Position numbers and translations under genes: made by a program
Source of the DNA: Pseudoflavonifractor sp.
Lineage (GTDB): Bacteria; Bacillota; Clostridia; Oscillospirales; Oscillospiraceae
Length of the DNA stretch: 64,000 nt
NCBI GenBank assembly: GCA_034927965.1
Contig: JAYFPI010000055.1
Coordinates: forward strand, 5,079 to 69,078
Reading direction: 5' to 3'
The notes under the pieces: model-generated
The model's input: the letters and a program-made list of their open reading frames with translations, nothing else
Database searches by the model: none
Told to the model about the DNA's origin: nothing
Shown: piece after piece, positions 28,236 to 38,920 of the stretch
Numbering within the stretch: the stretch's first letter is position 1
Layout of the letters: every line of letters begins with the position of its first letter

Positions 28236-29039
28236 TTACAGCTGAACTAACCTGGGCTGACGGCGTTCATATACGGCGATGGAGTCAAAGCCCATCTCCT
28301 TCACCAGCTCCGCCGCAGCCTGAATGCCGCGGCCCACATCCTCCGGGCGGTGGGCGTCGCTGCCCAGGGTAATCAGTGTTCCGCCGCAGTCTTTGTAGAG
28401 GGCCAGGATGGGCTTCCAGTCGGCAATATTTCTCCCCCGGCAAGTGTTGACCTCAATGCCTTTCCCCTTGGCAGCCGCCCTGCATAAAATTGCGCGGATG
28501 CGCTCCAGATAACGGTCCAGCGTGACGTGGTTCCCGTCCCGCTCGTTCATGTAGCGGAGGGGATAGATCACATGCCCCAGCACATCGTAGCAGTCCAGCT
28601 CCACAAGAGTTTCCATACAGGAAAAATAGTCATCTAAAGCGGCGTAGCATGTTTCGTCGCTGTCATAATTGACATAATAAAAATCAATTCCGCCGGAGGC
28701 GCGCCCCCGGTTGTGGACAGATCCGATGACGAAGTCCAGCTCGGGATGGCTGACAATTTTCGCGGCGGCAGCGGGGTCCTCCCAGGCCTCTCCCAATTCC
28801 AGGCCCATTTTGATGGGGAGCGTTCCAGCAAAGGCGGGACGGGCCAGAGCCAACTGCTTTTCAATAGGCCCCCACTGAAAGGACAGGTCCAGCTTGCCGT
28901 CCATAGAGAGCAGGTCGCAGTGATCCGTGAGGTACAGCTCGTCCATTCCGGCATCTTGCGCCGCCCTGGCCATGGCGGTCAGGGGGGCGGAGCCGTCGGG
29001 AGAGCAGAGGGAATGGGTGTGGCAATCAGTGAGAAACAT
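28236..29039 (-). CDS. PHP-family phosphatase (histidinol-phosphatase HisJ-like)
   Basis: DCHTHS, TDHCD, GSVH and GSDAH. Confidence 0.85.
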   Translation of the reverse strand: MFLTDCHTHSLCSPDGSAPLTAMARAAQDAGMDELYLTDHCDLLSMDGKLDLSFQWGPIEKQLALARPAFAGTLPIKMGLELGEAWEDPAAAAKIVSHPELDFVIGSVHNRGRASGGIDFYYVNYDSDETCYAALDDYFSCMETLVELDCYDVLGHVIYPLRYMNERDGNHVTLDRYLERIRAILCRAAAKGKGIEVNTCRGRNIADWKPILALYKDCGGTLITLGSDAHRPEDVGRGIQAAAELVKEMGFDSIAVYERRQPRLVQL

Positions 29040-29051
29040 GAGAAAAACTCC

Positions 29052-31007
29052 TTAAAATGGCCAACTCTCGATCCATTTCACCAACGGCTCATACCAGGTT
29101 GGGATGGTCAGACCGATGAGGACCGGATAAAAGAGGGCGTACAGCCCCGCAGAGAGTCCAGTGAGCCCATAGACCGGCCATTTCCAGACCTCGTCGGCAT
29201 CTATGAGGTCACTGAACAGGAAGGTGAGGGCAAGGACCAGAAAGAGAATCGAAGGAAAGTAATGGTATTCGAAAGTAGTGCGCCCAATGAACATCCAGGG
29301 CACCAGTTGGGAGAGGTAGCCCACCACCACAAAACAGGCCTTTGCCGAGTGGCGGCGAACCGCCTGAACGGCGCAGAGGAGAATGGCGCCCAAGCCTGCC
29401 CAGCAGACTACGGGGTTGGAGAATGCGGCAAAGCGGGTGGTGAAGCCAGGGACGGTGTTGTCCATATAGTAAAGAATGGGCCGCCCGTCCACGATCCACT
29501 GATACCACCGGGAGGAATAGGGATGACTCTGAGTGACTCCCTCGTGGTAGTGGAGCATATATTTTTGGTTTTCCCAGACGATGTTCAGCAAGCTCTTTAG
29601 ACTGGTGTCCCCCTTGGCCATAGCGTAGGGAAGGTAGGCGGCGCAGTAGATGCACAGGGGGAGGATGACAAAGCAGAGCACGGAGAAAGCCAGCGTTTTG
29701 ACACACCAGGCCACCCGCTCGCCCTGCTGTTCCTCCGGCCAATCCCGGAGCTTCTGGAAAAGCCCCATGAAGTAGAGTACAGCCAGTCCCACGGCACCGT
29801 AGATCACCGTCCACTTGGAGGCGGCGCCCAGTCCCCACATGAGGCCGGATAGAAAGAGGGGAAGAGCACCCTTCCGGAAGTTGGTTCCCGCGGGGAGGGT
29901 CAGGTAGCGATACAGGAAAAAGTACATGCAAAGGATGAAAAAGACGCCGTAGGTATCAATGGTGGCGATACGGGTCTGGGTCAGGTGCATGAAATCCACG
30001 GCAAAAAGAATGGTGCCGCAGGCGGCCGCCGGGGTTTTGCCAAAAAGATTTTTTAAAAAGATATAAAGAATAGGGAGCATCCCCACACCAAAGAGGGTGC
30101 CCATAAACCGCCAGCCGAAAGGAGTCATGCCAAAGAGACGGATGCCGACGCCCAGGATGAGCTTGCCCAGAGGCGGATGGGTGACCTCGTAGGGGTAAAC
30201 CCCCTGGATGTGCTCCTGAGCGGTGCGGGCATGGTAGATCTCATCAAAGTAGGTGGAGTTGTACCAGGTGGATTTCTCGGGGACGGTGGAGTCTACCGCA
30301 AAAATGGGGGTCAAGTCCCCGGCCTCGGACCCGTCAGCCATCACCAAGTTGAAGGGAACAGGCTGGCTGTTCTGCCCCAGCAGGCAGAATTTTGAGAGTT
30401 GGAGATTGGGTTTTTCCGCTTTGCCGGTAATGCGCAGGAAGTGGACATTTTGAGGATTTTCTACCGTGATGTCAATCCACTTGTAGAGCTGGTTGTACTT
30501 TTGAGTCAGCGCGTAGCTGGGGTCGTAGCCATCTGCCTGCGCCCAGTACCAGCCGGTAATCTTTTCCGGATCGTCCGGGTCGTTTTTTCGCTGCCACAGA
30601 GTAAGCCAGTTCTCACCGTCAGCGGAGATCTCCACATTGTAGGCCCCTGTGCCCAGACCGGAATAGTAGCGGATGCCGGTGGAGTAGATTGCATCCCCGG
30701 AGATTTCAATGGTCACCGGCTTGCCGCCGGCAAACTCATAAACGTGCTGTGGGGCAGTGGCGGAACCCAGCTGAAAAAAGGCGGTGGCGGCGTAGACCAG
30801 AGTGATGAGGAGTACCGGCAGCCGATCTTTTTTCTCCATGGGATGACAGGTCCCGGCAAAGGTAAGCCGGGCGGGCGCCGCCCGACCCCTGACCCAACTT
30901 GTGTCCAGCGGCCCGTTCCAGGCAATCTGCAGATAGCGAAGCAGAAAGAGCCCAATGCAAACCAGCACTGCCAGGGCAAACAGAATGGAGGGGGTGATAT
31001 ATTGCAT
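29052..31007 (-). CDS. PMT-family (GT39) protein O-mannosyltransferase-like glycosyltransferase
   Basis: YFDEIYH, HPPLGK, FGWR, ASKW, HPYSS.W..W...RP and YHY. Confidence 0.88.
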   Translation of the reverse strand: MQYITPSILFALAVLVCIGLFLLRYLQIAWNGPLDTSWVRGRAAPARLTFAGTCHPMEKKDRLPVLLITLVYAATAFFQLGSATAPQHVYEFAGGKPVTIEISGDAIYSTGIRYYSGLGTGAYNVEISADGENWLTLWQRKNDPDDPEKITGWYWAQADGYDPSYALTQKYNQLYKWIDITVENPQNVHFLRITGKAEKPNLQLSKFCLLGQNSQPVPFNLVMADGSEAGDLTPIFAVDSTVPEKSTWYNSTYFDEIYHARTAQEHIQGVYPYEVTHPPLGKLILGVGIRLFGMTPFGWRFMGTLFGVGMLPILYIFLKNLFGKTPAAACGTILFAVDFMHLTQTRIATIDTYGVFFILCMYFFLYRYLTLPAGTNFRKGALPLFLSGLMWGLGAASKWTVIYGAVGLAVLYFMGLFQKLRDWPEEQQGERVAWCVKTLAFSVLCFVILPLCIYCAAYLPYAMAKGDTSLKSLLNIVWENQKYMLHYHEGVTQSHPYSSRWYQWIVDGRPILYYMDNTVPGFTTRFAAFSNPVVCWAGLGAILLCAVQAVRRHSAKACFVVVGYLSQLVPWMFIGRTTFEYHYFPSILFLVLALTFLFSDLIDADEVWKWPVYGLTGLSAGLYALFYPVLIGLTIPTWYEPLVKWIESWPF

Positions 31008-31063
31008 GACACAGCCTCCCGGAAAAGCAAAAATAAAGAGCGGGAAAAAACCCGCTCTCTATT

Positions 31064-32215
31064 TTATTTCTTTTTTTTGCGTTTGTCAAAAAAACCTTTG
31101 AGTCCCGACTCCTCCACGTTCTCTCCCATGGCGGCGGCGTAAGCGTTCAGCGCATCTCGCTGCTCGGAGGTAAGGGAGGTGGGTACCTGGAGACGGATGG
31201 TGACAAACTGATCGCCCCGGCCCCGGCCATTGATGGAGGGAATGCCCTTCCCACGCAGGCGGAAAGTGGTGCCGGGTTGGGTTCCCTCTGGCATGGTGTA
31301 CTCCACATTGCCATCAATGGTGGGGATAATGAGCTTGGCACCCAGGGTGGCCTGGGTAAAGGTCACCGGTTCATCCAGATAGACCGCGGTGCCGTCCCGG
31401 CGGAACTTGTCGCTGGGGCGAACCGAGACTGAGATCAGCAGATCGCCGGCAGGGCCGCCATTCTTTCCGGTACCGCCTTGGCCCCTCAAGGAAATGGCCT
31501 GGCCATCGTCGATGCCCGCGGGGATGGAGACCGTGATCTTGCGCTGCTTGCGCACAGAGCCGGAGCCCTTGCATTCGGGGCATGGCTGGTGAATAATCTT
31601 GCCGGTGCCCTGGCAGCGGGTGCAGGGCGCTGTAGTGGCGAAGGTAAAGGCCCCTCCGCCCCGCTGGATGCGGATGGAGCCGGTACCGTGGCAGTCGGGG
31701 CAGACCTCCGCGGTGGTCCCGGCGGCGCAGCCGGAGCCGTGGCAGGTGCCACAGGACTCCGAACGGGAGACTGTGATCTCCTTCTCGCAGCCGAAGGCGG
31801 CCTCTTCAAAGCTGATGGTCACGGAGGAACGGAGGGTATCACCCTTCCGGGGAGCGTTGGGGTTGGCTCGCTGGCCGCCGCCAAAGCCCCCGCCGAAGAA
31901 GGAACCGAAGATGTCTCCCAGGTCGATATCGCCCATGTCAAAGCCGCCAAAGCCTCCGCCAGGGCCACCAGCGCCAAAGTTGGGGTCTACGCCTGCGTGG
32001 CCGTACTGATCGTAGCGGGCGCGCTTATCTTTGTCGGAAAGAACTTCGTAAGCCTCGTTGACCTCTTTAAACCGGGCCTCGGCCACCTTGTCGTCAGGGT
32101 TCAGATCGGGATGGTATTGCTTGGCCAGCTGACGATAGGCTTTCTTCAGTTCCGCGTCGCTGGCCCCTCGGGAAACACCCAGGATCTCATAGTAATCTCT
32201 TTTTTGTTGTGCCAT
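31064..32215 (-). CDS. dnaJ: Chaperone DnaJ
   Basis: HPD J-domain; four CxxCxGxG repeats. Confidence 0.98.
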   Translation of the reverse strand: MAQQKRDYYEILGVSRGASDAELKKAYRQLAKQYHPDLNPDDKVAEARFKEVNEAYEVLSDKDKRARYDQYGHAGVDPNFGAGGPGGGFGGFDMGDIDLGDIFGSFFGGGFGGGQRANPNAPRKGDTLRSSVTISFEEAAFGCEKEITVSRSESCGTCHGSGCAAGTTAEVCPDCHGTGSIRIQRGGGAFTFATTAPCTRCQGTGKIIHQPCPECKGSGSVRKQRKITVSIPAGIDDGQAISLRGQGGTGKNGGPAGDLLISVSVRPSDKFRRDGTAVYLDEPVTFTQATLGAKLIIPTIDGNVEYTMPEGTQPGTTFRLRGKGIPSINGRGRGDQFVTIRLQVPTSLTSEQRDALNAYAAAMGENVEESGLKGFFDKRKKKK

Positions 32216-32382
32216 ATGTGTCACCTCGTCGGAGCAAGCTCCATATCATTCACTTCCGCGTGGAGCGCGAAAGCTCATTCACTCCGCTGCTCCTCCCCTG
32301 TGAAATGTTCCATTCCTGTGGGGCCCCCACAAACAGGCGGCAAGGGCGGAAAACCGCCCCGCCGCCTGTTGGAAAGGGTTTA

Positions 32383-34251
32383 TTATTTCTTATCGTCGTC
32401 ATCCACGACCTTGTAGTCGGCGTCTACCACGCCGTCGTCGGCGGGGCCCGACTGCGCGCCGCCCTGAGCACCACCGGTAAAGCCGCCCATGTCAGGGCCG
32501 GGCTGGCCGCCCTGTGGGTTGGCCTGCTGATAGAGTTTCTCGGTGATGGGGTAGAAGGCCTTGCTCAAATCCTCGGTAGCCGTCTTGATGGCGGCGGTGT
32601 CGGTGCCCTTAAGGGCGCTCTTGAGTTTATTGAGGGCGGCGTCCAAAGTGGACTTGTCACCGGCGTCAATCTTATCCTTCAGCTCCTCCATGGTCTTTTC
32701 GGTCTGATAGACCATCTGCTCGGCCTGGTTGCGGACATCCACGTCTTCCTTTTTCTTGGCGTCCTCGGCGGCGAAGCGCTCGGCATCCTTGACAGCCTTG
32801 TCGATGTCGTCCTTAGACATGTTGGTGGAGGAAGTGATGGTGATGTGCTGCTCCTTGCTGGTGCCCATGTCCTTGGCAGAGACATTGACAATGCCGTTGG
32901 CGTCAATGTCAAAGGTGACCTCAATCTGGGGTACGCCGCGGCGGGAGGGAGCAATGCCGTCCAGATTGAAGCGGCCCAGGCTCTTATTGTACTGAGCCAT
33001 CTCGCGCTCACCCTGAAGCACGTTGACCTCAACGGAGGTCTGGTTGTCGGCGGCGGTGGTGAAGATCTGGCTCTTCTTGGTGGGGATGGTGGTGTTGCGC
33101 TCAATGAGCTTGGTGAACACGCCGCCCATGGTTTCAATGCCCAGAGACAGGGGGGTGACGTCCAGCAGCAGCAGATCCTTCACGTCACCGACCAACACGC
33201 CCCCCTGAAGCGCCGCGCCCACAGCCACGCACTCGTCGGGGTTGATGCCCTTGAAGCCCTCCTTGCCGGTGAGCTTCTTAACCATCTCCTGCACGGCGGG
33301 GATACGGCTGGAGCCACCCACCAGCAGGACTTTGCTCAGATCGCCCTGAGCCAGACCTGCGTCGGACATAGCCTGCTTCACAGGCCCGGAGGTGGCGTCC
33401 ACCAGGTGGGCGGTGAGCTGGTCAAACTTGGCCCGGGTCAGGGTCAGATCCAGATGCTTGGGGCCGGTGGCATCAGCGGTGATATAAGGCAGGTTGATGT
33501 TGGAGGAGGTGACACCGGAGAGTTCGATCTTAGCCTTCTCGGCAGCTTCCTTCAGGCGCTGCATGGCAACCTTGTCGGCGGAGAGGTCGATGCCAGTGTC
33601 CTTCTTGAACTCGGCCACCATCCAGTCCATGACACACTTGTCGAAGTCATCGCCGCCCAGACGGTTGTTGCCGGCGGTAGCCAACACCTGAATGACGCCG
33701 TCGCCGATCTCCAGAATAGAGACGTCGAAGGTGCCGCCGCCCAGGTCGTAGACCATAATGTTCTGGTCGGACTCCTTGTCAATGCCGTAGGCCAAAGCCG
33801 CGGCGGTGGGCTCGTTGATGATCCGCTTCACGTCCAGACCGGCGATACGTCCGGCGTCCTTGGTGGCCTGACGCTGGGCGTCGGTAAAGTAGGCGGGAAC
33901 GGTGATGACAGCTTCGGTGACGGTCTCGCCCAGATAGGCCTCGGCGTCACTCTTAAGCTTCTGCAGGATCATGGCGGAGATCTCCTGGGGGGTGTAGCCT
34001 TTTCCGTCGATGGAGACCTTATGATCGGAGCCCATTTCCCGTTTAATGGAGATGACGGTGCGGTCCGGGTTGGTGACGGCCTGACGCTTGGCCACCTGAC
34101 CTACCATCCGCTCGCCGTCTTTGGAAAAGGCAACGACGGAGGGAGTGGTGCGGTTGCCTTCGGCGTTGGGGATGACGACGGCTTCGCCGCCCTCCATGAC
34201 AGCCACGCAGGAGTTTGTGGTACCAAGGTCGATACCGATGATTTTAGACAT
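32383..34251 (-). CDS. dnaK: Chaperone DnaK
   Basis: GIDLGTTNS and DLGGGTFD. Confidence 0.99.
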   Translation of the reverse strand: MSKIIGIDLGTTNSCVAVMEGGEAVVIPNAEGNRTTPSVVAFSKDGERMVGQVAKRQAVTNPDRTVISIKREMGSDHKVSIDGKGYTPQEISAMILQKLKSDAEAYLGETVTEAVITVPAYFTDAQRQATKDAGRIAGLDVKRIINEPTAAALAYGIDKESDQNIMVYDLGGGTFDVSILEIGDGVIQVLATAGNNRLGGDDFDKCVMDWMVAEFKKDTGIDLSADKVAMQRLKEAAEKAKIELSGVTSSNINLPYITADATGPKHLDLTLTRAKFDQLTAHLVDATSGPVKQAMSDAGLAQGDLSKVLLVGGSSRIPAVQEMVKKLTGKEGFKGINPDECVAVGAALQGGVLVGDVKDLLLLDVTPLSLGIETMGGVFTKLIERNTTIPTKKSQIFTTAADNQTSVEVNVLQGEREMAQYNKSLGRFNLDGIAPSRRGVPQIEVTFDIDANGIVNVSAKDMGTSKEQHITITSSTNMSKDDIDKAVKDAERFAAEDAKKKEDVDVRNQAEQMVYQTEKTMEELKDKIDAGDKSTLDAALNKLKSALKGTDTAAIKTATEDLSKAFYPITEKLYQQANPQGGQPGPDMGGFTGGAQGGAQSGPADDGVVDADYKVVDDDDKK

Positions 34252-34311
34252 ATAAATTCCTCCAATTATATCGTAAATTTCTTTTTTTAATTATAAAAGG
34301 ATCGTCGGGGC

Positions 34312-34872
34312 CTAATTGGCCACCTTCACCATGGCAAAACGAATGACTCTGTCCTCCAGCCGGAAGCCGGCCTGGAATACCTCGGCCACTGTATTTTCGC
34401 CCAGAGTATCGTCCTCCACATGCATTACGGCGTTGTGGATGGTGGGATCGAAAGGCTGCCCGGCAGCGTCGATCTCGGTAACTCCCAGAGATTCCAGCGC
34501 CTTTTTCAGGCCCGTCATGGTCATTTCAACGCCCTTGGCATAAGCCTCATCGGCGGTTTCCTGCTTGAGGGCCCGATCCAGATTGTCGTAGACAGGGAGC
34601 AGGGTTTTTACCGCGTCTGCCTTGGCATCGGCGTAGACAGCCTCTTTCTCCTTCTGACTGCGTCGGCGGAAGTTGTCGTATTCGGCGGCCAGACGAAGGA
34701 ATTTTTCCTCCTGTTCCGAAAGGTTCGACTTCAGAGTTTCCAGCTCCTCCAGCAAAGGATTGGTCTCCTCCGCTTCGGGGCCGGCGGCCTCAGGCTGGGC
34801 GGTCTCGACCGCCGGGGTCTCCTTGGGAAGCTCAGTCTCGGGGACCTGCTTCTCCTTCTCTTTTTTACTCAA
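34312..34872 (-). CDS. grpE: Nucleotide exchange factor GrpE
   Basis: AEYDNFRRR, FDP..HNAV and R.AMVKV. Confidence 0.97.
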   Translation of the reverse strand: MSKKEKEKQVPETELPKETPAVETAQPEAAGPEAEETNPLLEELETLKSNLSEQEEKFLRLAAEYDNFRRRSQKEKEAVYADAKADAVKTLLPVYDNLDRALKQETADEAYAKGVEMTMTGLKKALESLGVTEIDAAGQPFDPTIHNAVMHVEDDTLGENTVAEVFQAGFRLEDRVIRFAMVKVAN

Positions 34873-34906
34873 GAGATTCCCTCCTTGGTTCTATCATTGG
34901 TGCGCG

Positions 34907-35962
34907 TCACTGATCCTTGTTGCCCGGGGGAAGCCCGCCCTGGCTGATCAGCCAGGTCAGTCCCTTGGCAAAATAGGACAGCCGCGCGGAGATCTTGGCA
35001 TAATCCATCCGGGTGGGGCCCACAACGCCTACAAGGCCCCGCATCCCGTCACCCAGGTCGTAAGTGGCCATGACTACGCTGGAATCCTTCAAGGCCTCGG
35101 CCACATTCTCCGGACCGATCAGAATATCGGTAGCCCGCGCGCAGTCGTTGGGCAGAGGCTTAAAGTCCTCATCGGAAAGAAAGCTCATGAGAGGCTGAGC
35201 CTTCTCCAGAGACTGGTATTCCGGATGTTCCAAAAGATTGGCGATACCGGCGGTGTGGACCTGGCGCTTTTCCAAATCGTCCAACACTTCTGCACCGAAA
35301 TTTACCACCAACTCAATCAGCTCATAAGCCTCTCGGGTGGCGTGGCGGGATACCCGGTCCAGCTCCGGCGTTAACTGGGCCAGCGTCAGGCCGGTAAAGC
35401 CTGTATTGAGCAGGGTGCCCAGCATTTGCAGCTGGGATTCACTCAGATCTCCCGATAGGCGGAAGAGCTTGTTGCGAACGACATTGAAATCGGTCATCAC
35501 TACGGCGATGAAAGCGCTCTGCTCCACCAGCAGCAGGTCAAATCGGCGGATGGTCATCTTCTCCGGTCCGGCGGCCAAAGCAAAAGCGGGGTACTGGGTG
35601 AGCTTGGCCACCACCCGGCCCGCTTCGTCAATGACCCGATCCAGGGCCTTCACGCGAATATGCAGAGCCTGGTTGATCCGCTGAGTCTCCTGAATGGAGA
35701 GCTTGTAGTCCTCCATCAGTTCGTTGACATAGAGCCGGTATCCCTTAGGAGAAGGAATGCGCCCGGCGGAGGTGTGGGGCTGCTCCAGGTAGCCCTTCTC
35801 CTCCAGGTCGGACATCTCGTTGCGGATGGTGGCGGAGGAGACGTTCAGCCGGGCCCACTCGGCCACCGCTTTGGACCCCACCGGCTCGGCATTTTGGATA
35901 TAGCTTTCGATGACGGCCCGGAGAATTCGTTTCTTACGATCAGTCAGATCCAAGCCGCTCAC
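34907..35962 (-). CDS. hrcA: Heat-inducible transcription repressor HrcA
   Basis: SSATIRNEM, PHTSAGRIP and GPTRMDY. Confidence 0.97.
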   Translation of the reverse strand: MSGLDLTDRKKRILRAVIESYIQNAEPVGSKAVAEWARLNVSSATIRNEMSDLEEKGYLEQPHTSAGRIPSPKGYRLYVNELMEDYKLSIQETQRINQALHIRVKALDRVIDEAGRVVAKLTQYPAFALAAGPEKMTIRRFDLLLVEQSAFIAVVMTDFNVVRNKLFRLSGDLSESQLQMLGTLLNTGFTGLTLAQLTPELDRVSRHATREAYELIELVVNFGAEVLDDLEKRQVHTAGIANLLEHPEYQSLEKAQPLMSFLSDEDFKPLPNDCARATDILIGPENVAEALKDSSVVMATYDLGDGMRGLVGVVGPTRMDYAKISARLSYFAKGLTWLISQGGLPPGNKDQ

Positions 35963-35977
35963 CTCTTATCAAAGATT

Positions 35978-36004
35978 TTAGCACTCTGGCTTCCTGAGTG
36001 CTAA
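35978..36004 (-). promoter_or_regulatory. CIRCE operator
   Basis: Perfect TTAGCACTC-N9-GAGTGCTAA; sigmaA promoter TTGACA-N17-TACAGT at 36009-36037. Confidence 0.97.
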
Positions 36005-36192
36005 AGATACTGTACCACCACCGGCCTGCAATGTCAAGAGTTGGGGTTGTAAATAAAATATGAATAATAAGAGGAGATTTCGTCCAAAAAGCCGCCCCTC
36101 TCCCGAGATAGGAGAGGGGCGGCAAATGTGGAGCGGTTAGCGAATAAAAGGTGAGATTGCCAGCGCGGTGCATGATCTTCAAAGTGGAAGGG

Positions 36193-37569
36193 TCAATCAG
36201 CGGTCACGTCCCGGATCCACTCACCGGAGCGGAGGCGGTAGATTCCCAAGAAAAATTTCACCACATTTTCCAAGGAGATACCCAGGTACACAATGAGGAT
36301 GCTCTGGTGAAAAACCAGACCCGCCAGCGCAGCCGCCGGAAGGGCAACAAACCACAGGGGAGACAGGTCGATAGCCGAAGCGGCCCGCACGTCTCCGCCG
36401 CCCCGGAGAACCCCCACGGTATTCGTGGTATTAAAGGAACGCATAGCCAGAAAAGAGAAAGTAACCAGGGACATCATGGTGGCAATGGATGAGGCCTCCG
36501 CCGACAGGTGGAACATGGGGTAGAGCACAGGGCTGAAGAAGACAAAAGTAAGTATAATGAACAAGATGCCAACCAGAAGTCCTGCCAAAAAGGCCAAGGT
36601 GTCCAGTGCCTTTCCCACCTCATAAACGGTATCCCGGCGTCCCGCGCCGATTTCCCGTCCTACGATGATCGCGGAGGTTCCGCCCACGGCAAAGACAAGC
36701 ACGGTGGAGACCCGCTCAATGTTGCCGGAGATGCCGAAGGCGGCCAGAATGGCTTGAGAGCCTGCCATGTGGCCCATAATGGTGGGGTAGAGAGCGGTGC
36801 CCAGTCCCCACAGAGTCTCGTTGATGACTACGGGGGTGGCATAGCGGACATACCGCGCCAGCATATCTCCCCCTGGGCGGAAGAAGGGAGCAGGGCGCAT
36901 CCGAAACTGCTTACCCAAGCAGGCGTGCCCCACAGCAAAAAGAAATTCCAGGAAACGTGAGATGAGCGTGGCCAGAGCAGCTCCTTCCACCCCCATGGCA
37001 GGGACGCCCAGGTGGCCAAAGATGAACACCCAGTTGAGAAAGGTGTTGCTCACCATGGCTACCGCCAGAATATATAGGCCCAGTTGTGGGTTGGCCATAC
37101 TGCGGTGGGCGCCGATATACACCTGGGCCAGACCGTCAAAGAGGAAAGAAAAGGCCACCACCTTGGCGTATTGAGCGGCCAGAGCCACCACCGGGGCCTC
37201 GTTACCAAACAGGCCCATGAACCATACCGGGAAAAAGGACATGACACATCCAAACAGAAAGGTAAGCCCACCGGAGATATATGTACCAATGCCGATGACC
37301 CGGCTGATGGAGTCCATGTCCCCCTTACCGTAAAACTGGCTGATGAGGACCGACGCACCGCTTTGAAAGCCAAAAATCATAAGCTGAATTACAAAGATAG
37401 GGATATTGGCCATGGTGACGGCTGCCATAGGGGCCTCTCCCAGCATTCCCACCATGAAGGTGTCCAGGAGCCCCAGGGAGTTGGTGATCAAATTTTGCAG
37501 GATAATGGGGATGGCGAGGGTGACCACGTCTTTGTAGAAAGCCTTCCCCCTCCTCATATAAGAAAACAC
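36193..37569 (-). CDS. MATE-family efflux transporter
   Basis: LAIPII.Q, DT.MVG.LG and MGVEGAALAT; about 12 TM segments. Confidence 0.92.
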   Translation of the reverse strand: MFSYMRRGKAFYKDVVTLAIPIILQNLITNSLGLLDTFMVGMLGEAPMAAVTMANIPIFVIQLMIFGFQSGASVLISQFYGKGDMDSISRVIGIGTYISGGLTFLFGCVMSFFPVWFMGLFGNEAPVVALAAQYAKVVAFSFLFDGLAQVYIGAHRSMANPQLGLYILAVAMVSNTFLNWVFIFGHLGVPAMGVEGAALATLISRFLEFLFAVGHACLGKQFRMRPAPFFRPGGDMLARYVRYATPVVINETLWGLGTALYPTIMGHMAGSQAILAAFGISGNIERVSTVLVFAVGGTSAIIVGREIGAGRRDTVYEVGKALDTLAFLAGLLVGILFIILTFVFFSPVLYPMFHLSAEASSIATMMSLVTFSFLAMRSFNTTNTVGVLRGGGDVRAASAIDLSPLWFVALPAAALAGLVFHQSILIVYLGISLENVVKFFLGIYRLRSGEWIRDVTAD

Positions 37570-37586
37570 AGATAGTACCTCCGTTG

Positions 37587-38723
37587 TTACAGCAGACTGC
37601 CCCGCTGTGTGATCTCAGCCAGCAGACCGGCCAGAGTGTCCACCTCTTCCCGGGTGGAGTCAGGGCCAAAAGAGACCCTCAGGGCGCCGAAGCGCAGCTT
37701 TGGACTGAGAGGCATGGCCTCAAAAACATGGCTGGGCTTACCGCGGTGGCAGGCCGAGCCGGAGGAGAGATACACGCCCTTCTCTCCCAGAGCCCGCACC
37801 ACCGACTCCCCGGAAAACGCGGGCATGGAGATGGCCAGGATGTGGGGGGCGTCCCCACGGCTGATGAGTTCTACCCCGTCAATGGTGGAGAGAACGTCGG
37901 CGGCGTATTCCTTCACGTCCCGGATGTGTTCCTGGGTCCCGGGGACCCACGCCTGCACCGCCGCGGAAAAGGCGGCGATCTGGGGGGTGGCCTCGGTGCC
38001 GGGGCGCAGGCCCCGCTCCTGACCGCCGCCCAGCAGAAGCGGCTTTATCCGGGGAATGAGCTCCTTGCGGATATAAAGTCCACCGATGCCCTTGGGCGCC
38101 CGAACCTTATGGCCGCAGATGGTCACAAAGTCCGCCCCCAGCTCCCTGGGAGTGAAGGGCACCTTCAAAAAGCCCTGGACGGCATCCACATGGAGCAGAG
38201 CTGGGGCATTGATGGCGCGAATGGCCTCGGCGGCAGCCCGGACGGGAAGGATGGAGCCCACTTCGTTGTTTACCAGCATCATGGACACAAGTATGGTGTC
38301 CGGCCGGACTGCTGCGGCAACTGCCAGGGGATCGATCCGCCCAGCCTTATCGGGCTTGAGCCAGGTGACTTCAAAGCCCTTGCTCTGAAGAGCCTTAATT
38401 GGCTCCAGCACCGCGGAGTGCTCAATGGAAGTGGTGACGATGTGGTTGCCCTTCCGGCGGTTCAACTCCACGGCGGCGGAGATGGCCCAGTTGTCCCCCT
38501 CGGTGCCGCAGGAGGTGAAGAATAGCTCTTCAGGCAGACAGCCCAGCGCCCCTGCGATCACCGCCCGGTCGGCGTCCCGCCGTTTGGCTGCGGCCTTTCC
38601 CAAGGGGTAGCCGGAGGAGGGATTGCCGTAACCCTCGGTCATTACCTCAAAAGCGGCTTGAGCGGCAGCGGCGCACACCGGAGTGGTGGCGGCATGATCC
38701 AGATAGATGGGCATGGGGGACAT
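37587..38723 (-). CDS. Cysteine desulfurase (IscS/NifS family)
   Basis: YLDHAATT, HVDAVQ, GHK and SSGSAC. Confidence 0.93.
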   Translation of the reverse strand: MSPMPIYLDHAATTPVCAAAAQAAFEVMTEGYGNPSSGYPLGKAAAKRRDADRAVIAGALGCLPEELFFTSCGTEGDNWAISAAVELNRRKGNHIVTTSIEHSAVLEPIKALQSKGFEVTWLKPDKAGRIDPLAVAAAVRPDTILVSMMLVNNEVGSILPVRAAAEAIRAINAPALLHVDAVQGFLKVPFTPRELGADFVTICGHKVRAPKGIGGLYIRKELIPRIKPLLLGGGQERGLRPGTEATPQIAAFSAAVQAWVPGTQEHIRDVKEYAADVLSTIDGVELISRGDAPHILAISMPAFSGESVVRALGEKGVYLSSGSACHRGKPSHVFEAMPLSPKLRFGALRVSFGPDSTREEVDTLAGLLAEITQRGSLL

Positions 38724-38920
38724 CTCCTTATCGTTAAAGCACCTTTAATATTATAAAGCAGCTTAATTATTTTAATGCGGCAAAGGAGGAAAGTCAATAG
38801 GGCACAGAACAGAGGAGAAAAGAAGTGTTTTTTGGCTTTGGATTGCCAAATGAGCCGGGGAAGGTTATAATATGAACTCAGAATACCGTGCCAAAATCCA
38901 TTGGCAGCAGGGGGAAACCG

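Noticed and set aside
32209-34290. 693-aa plus-strand ORF
   Set aside because: Antisense shadow of dnaK caused by codon bias; the same applies to long antisense ORFs over serA, the acyl-CoA genes, gap and htrA
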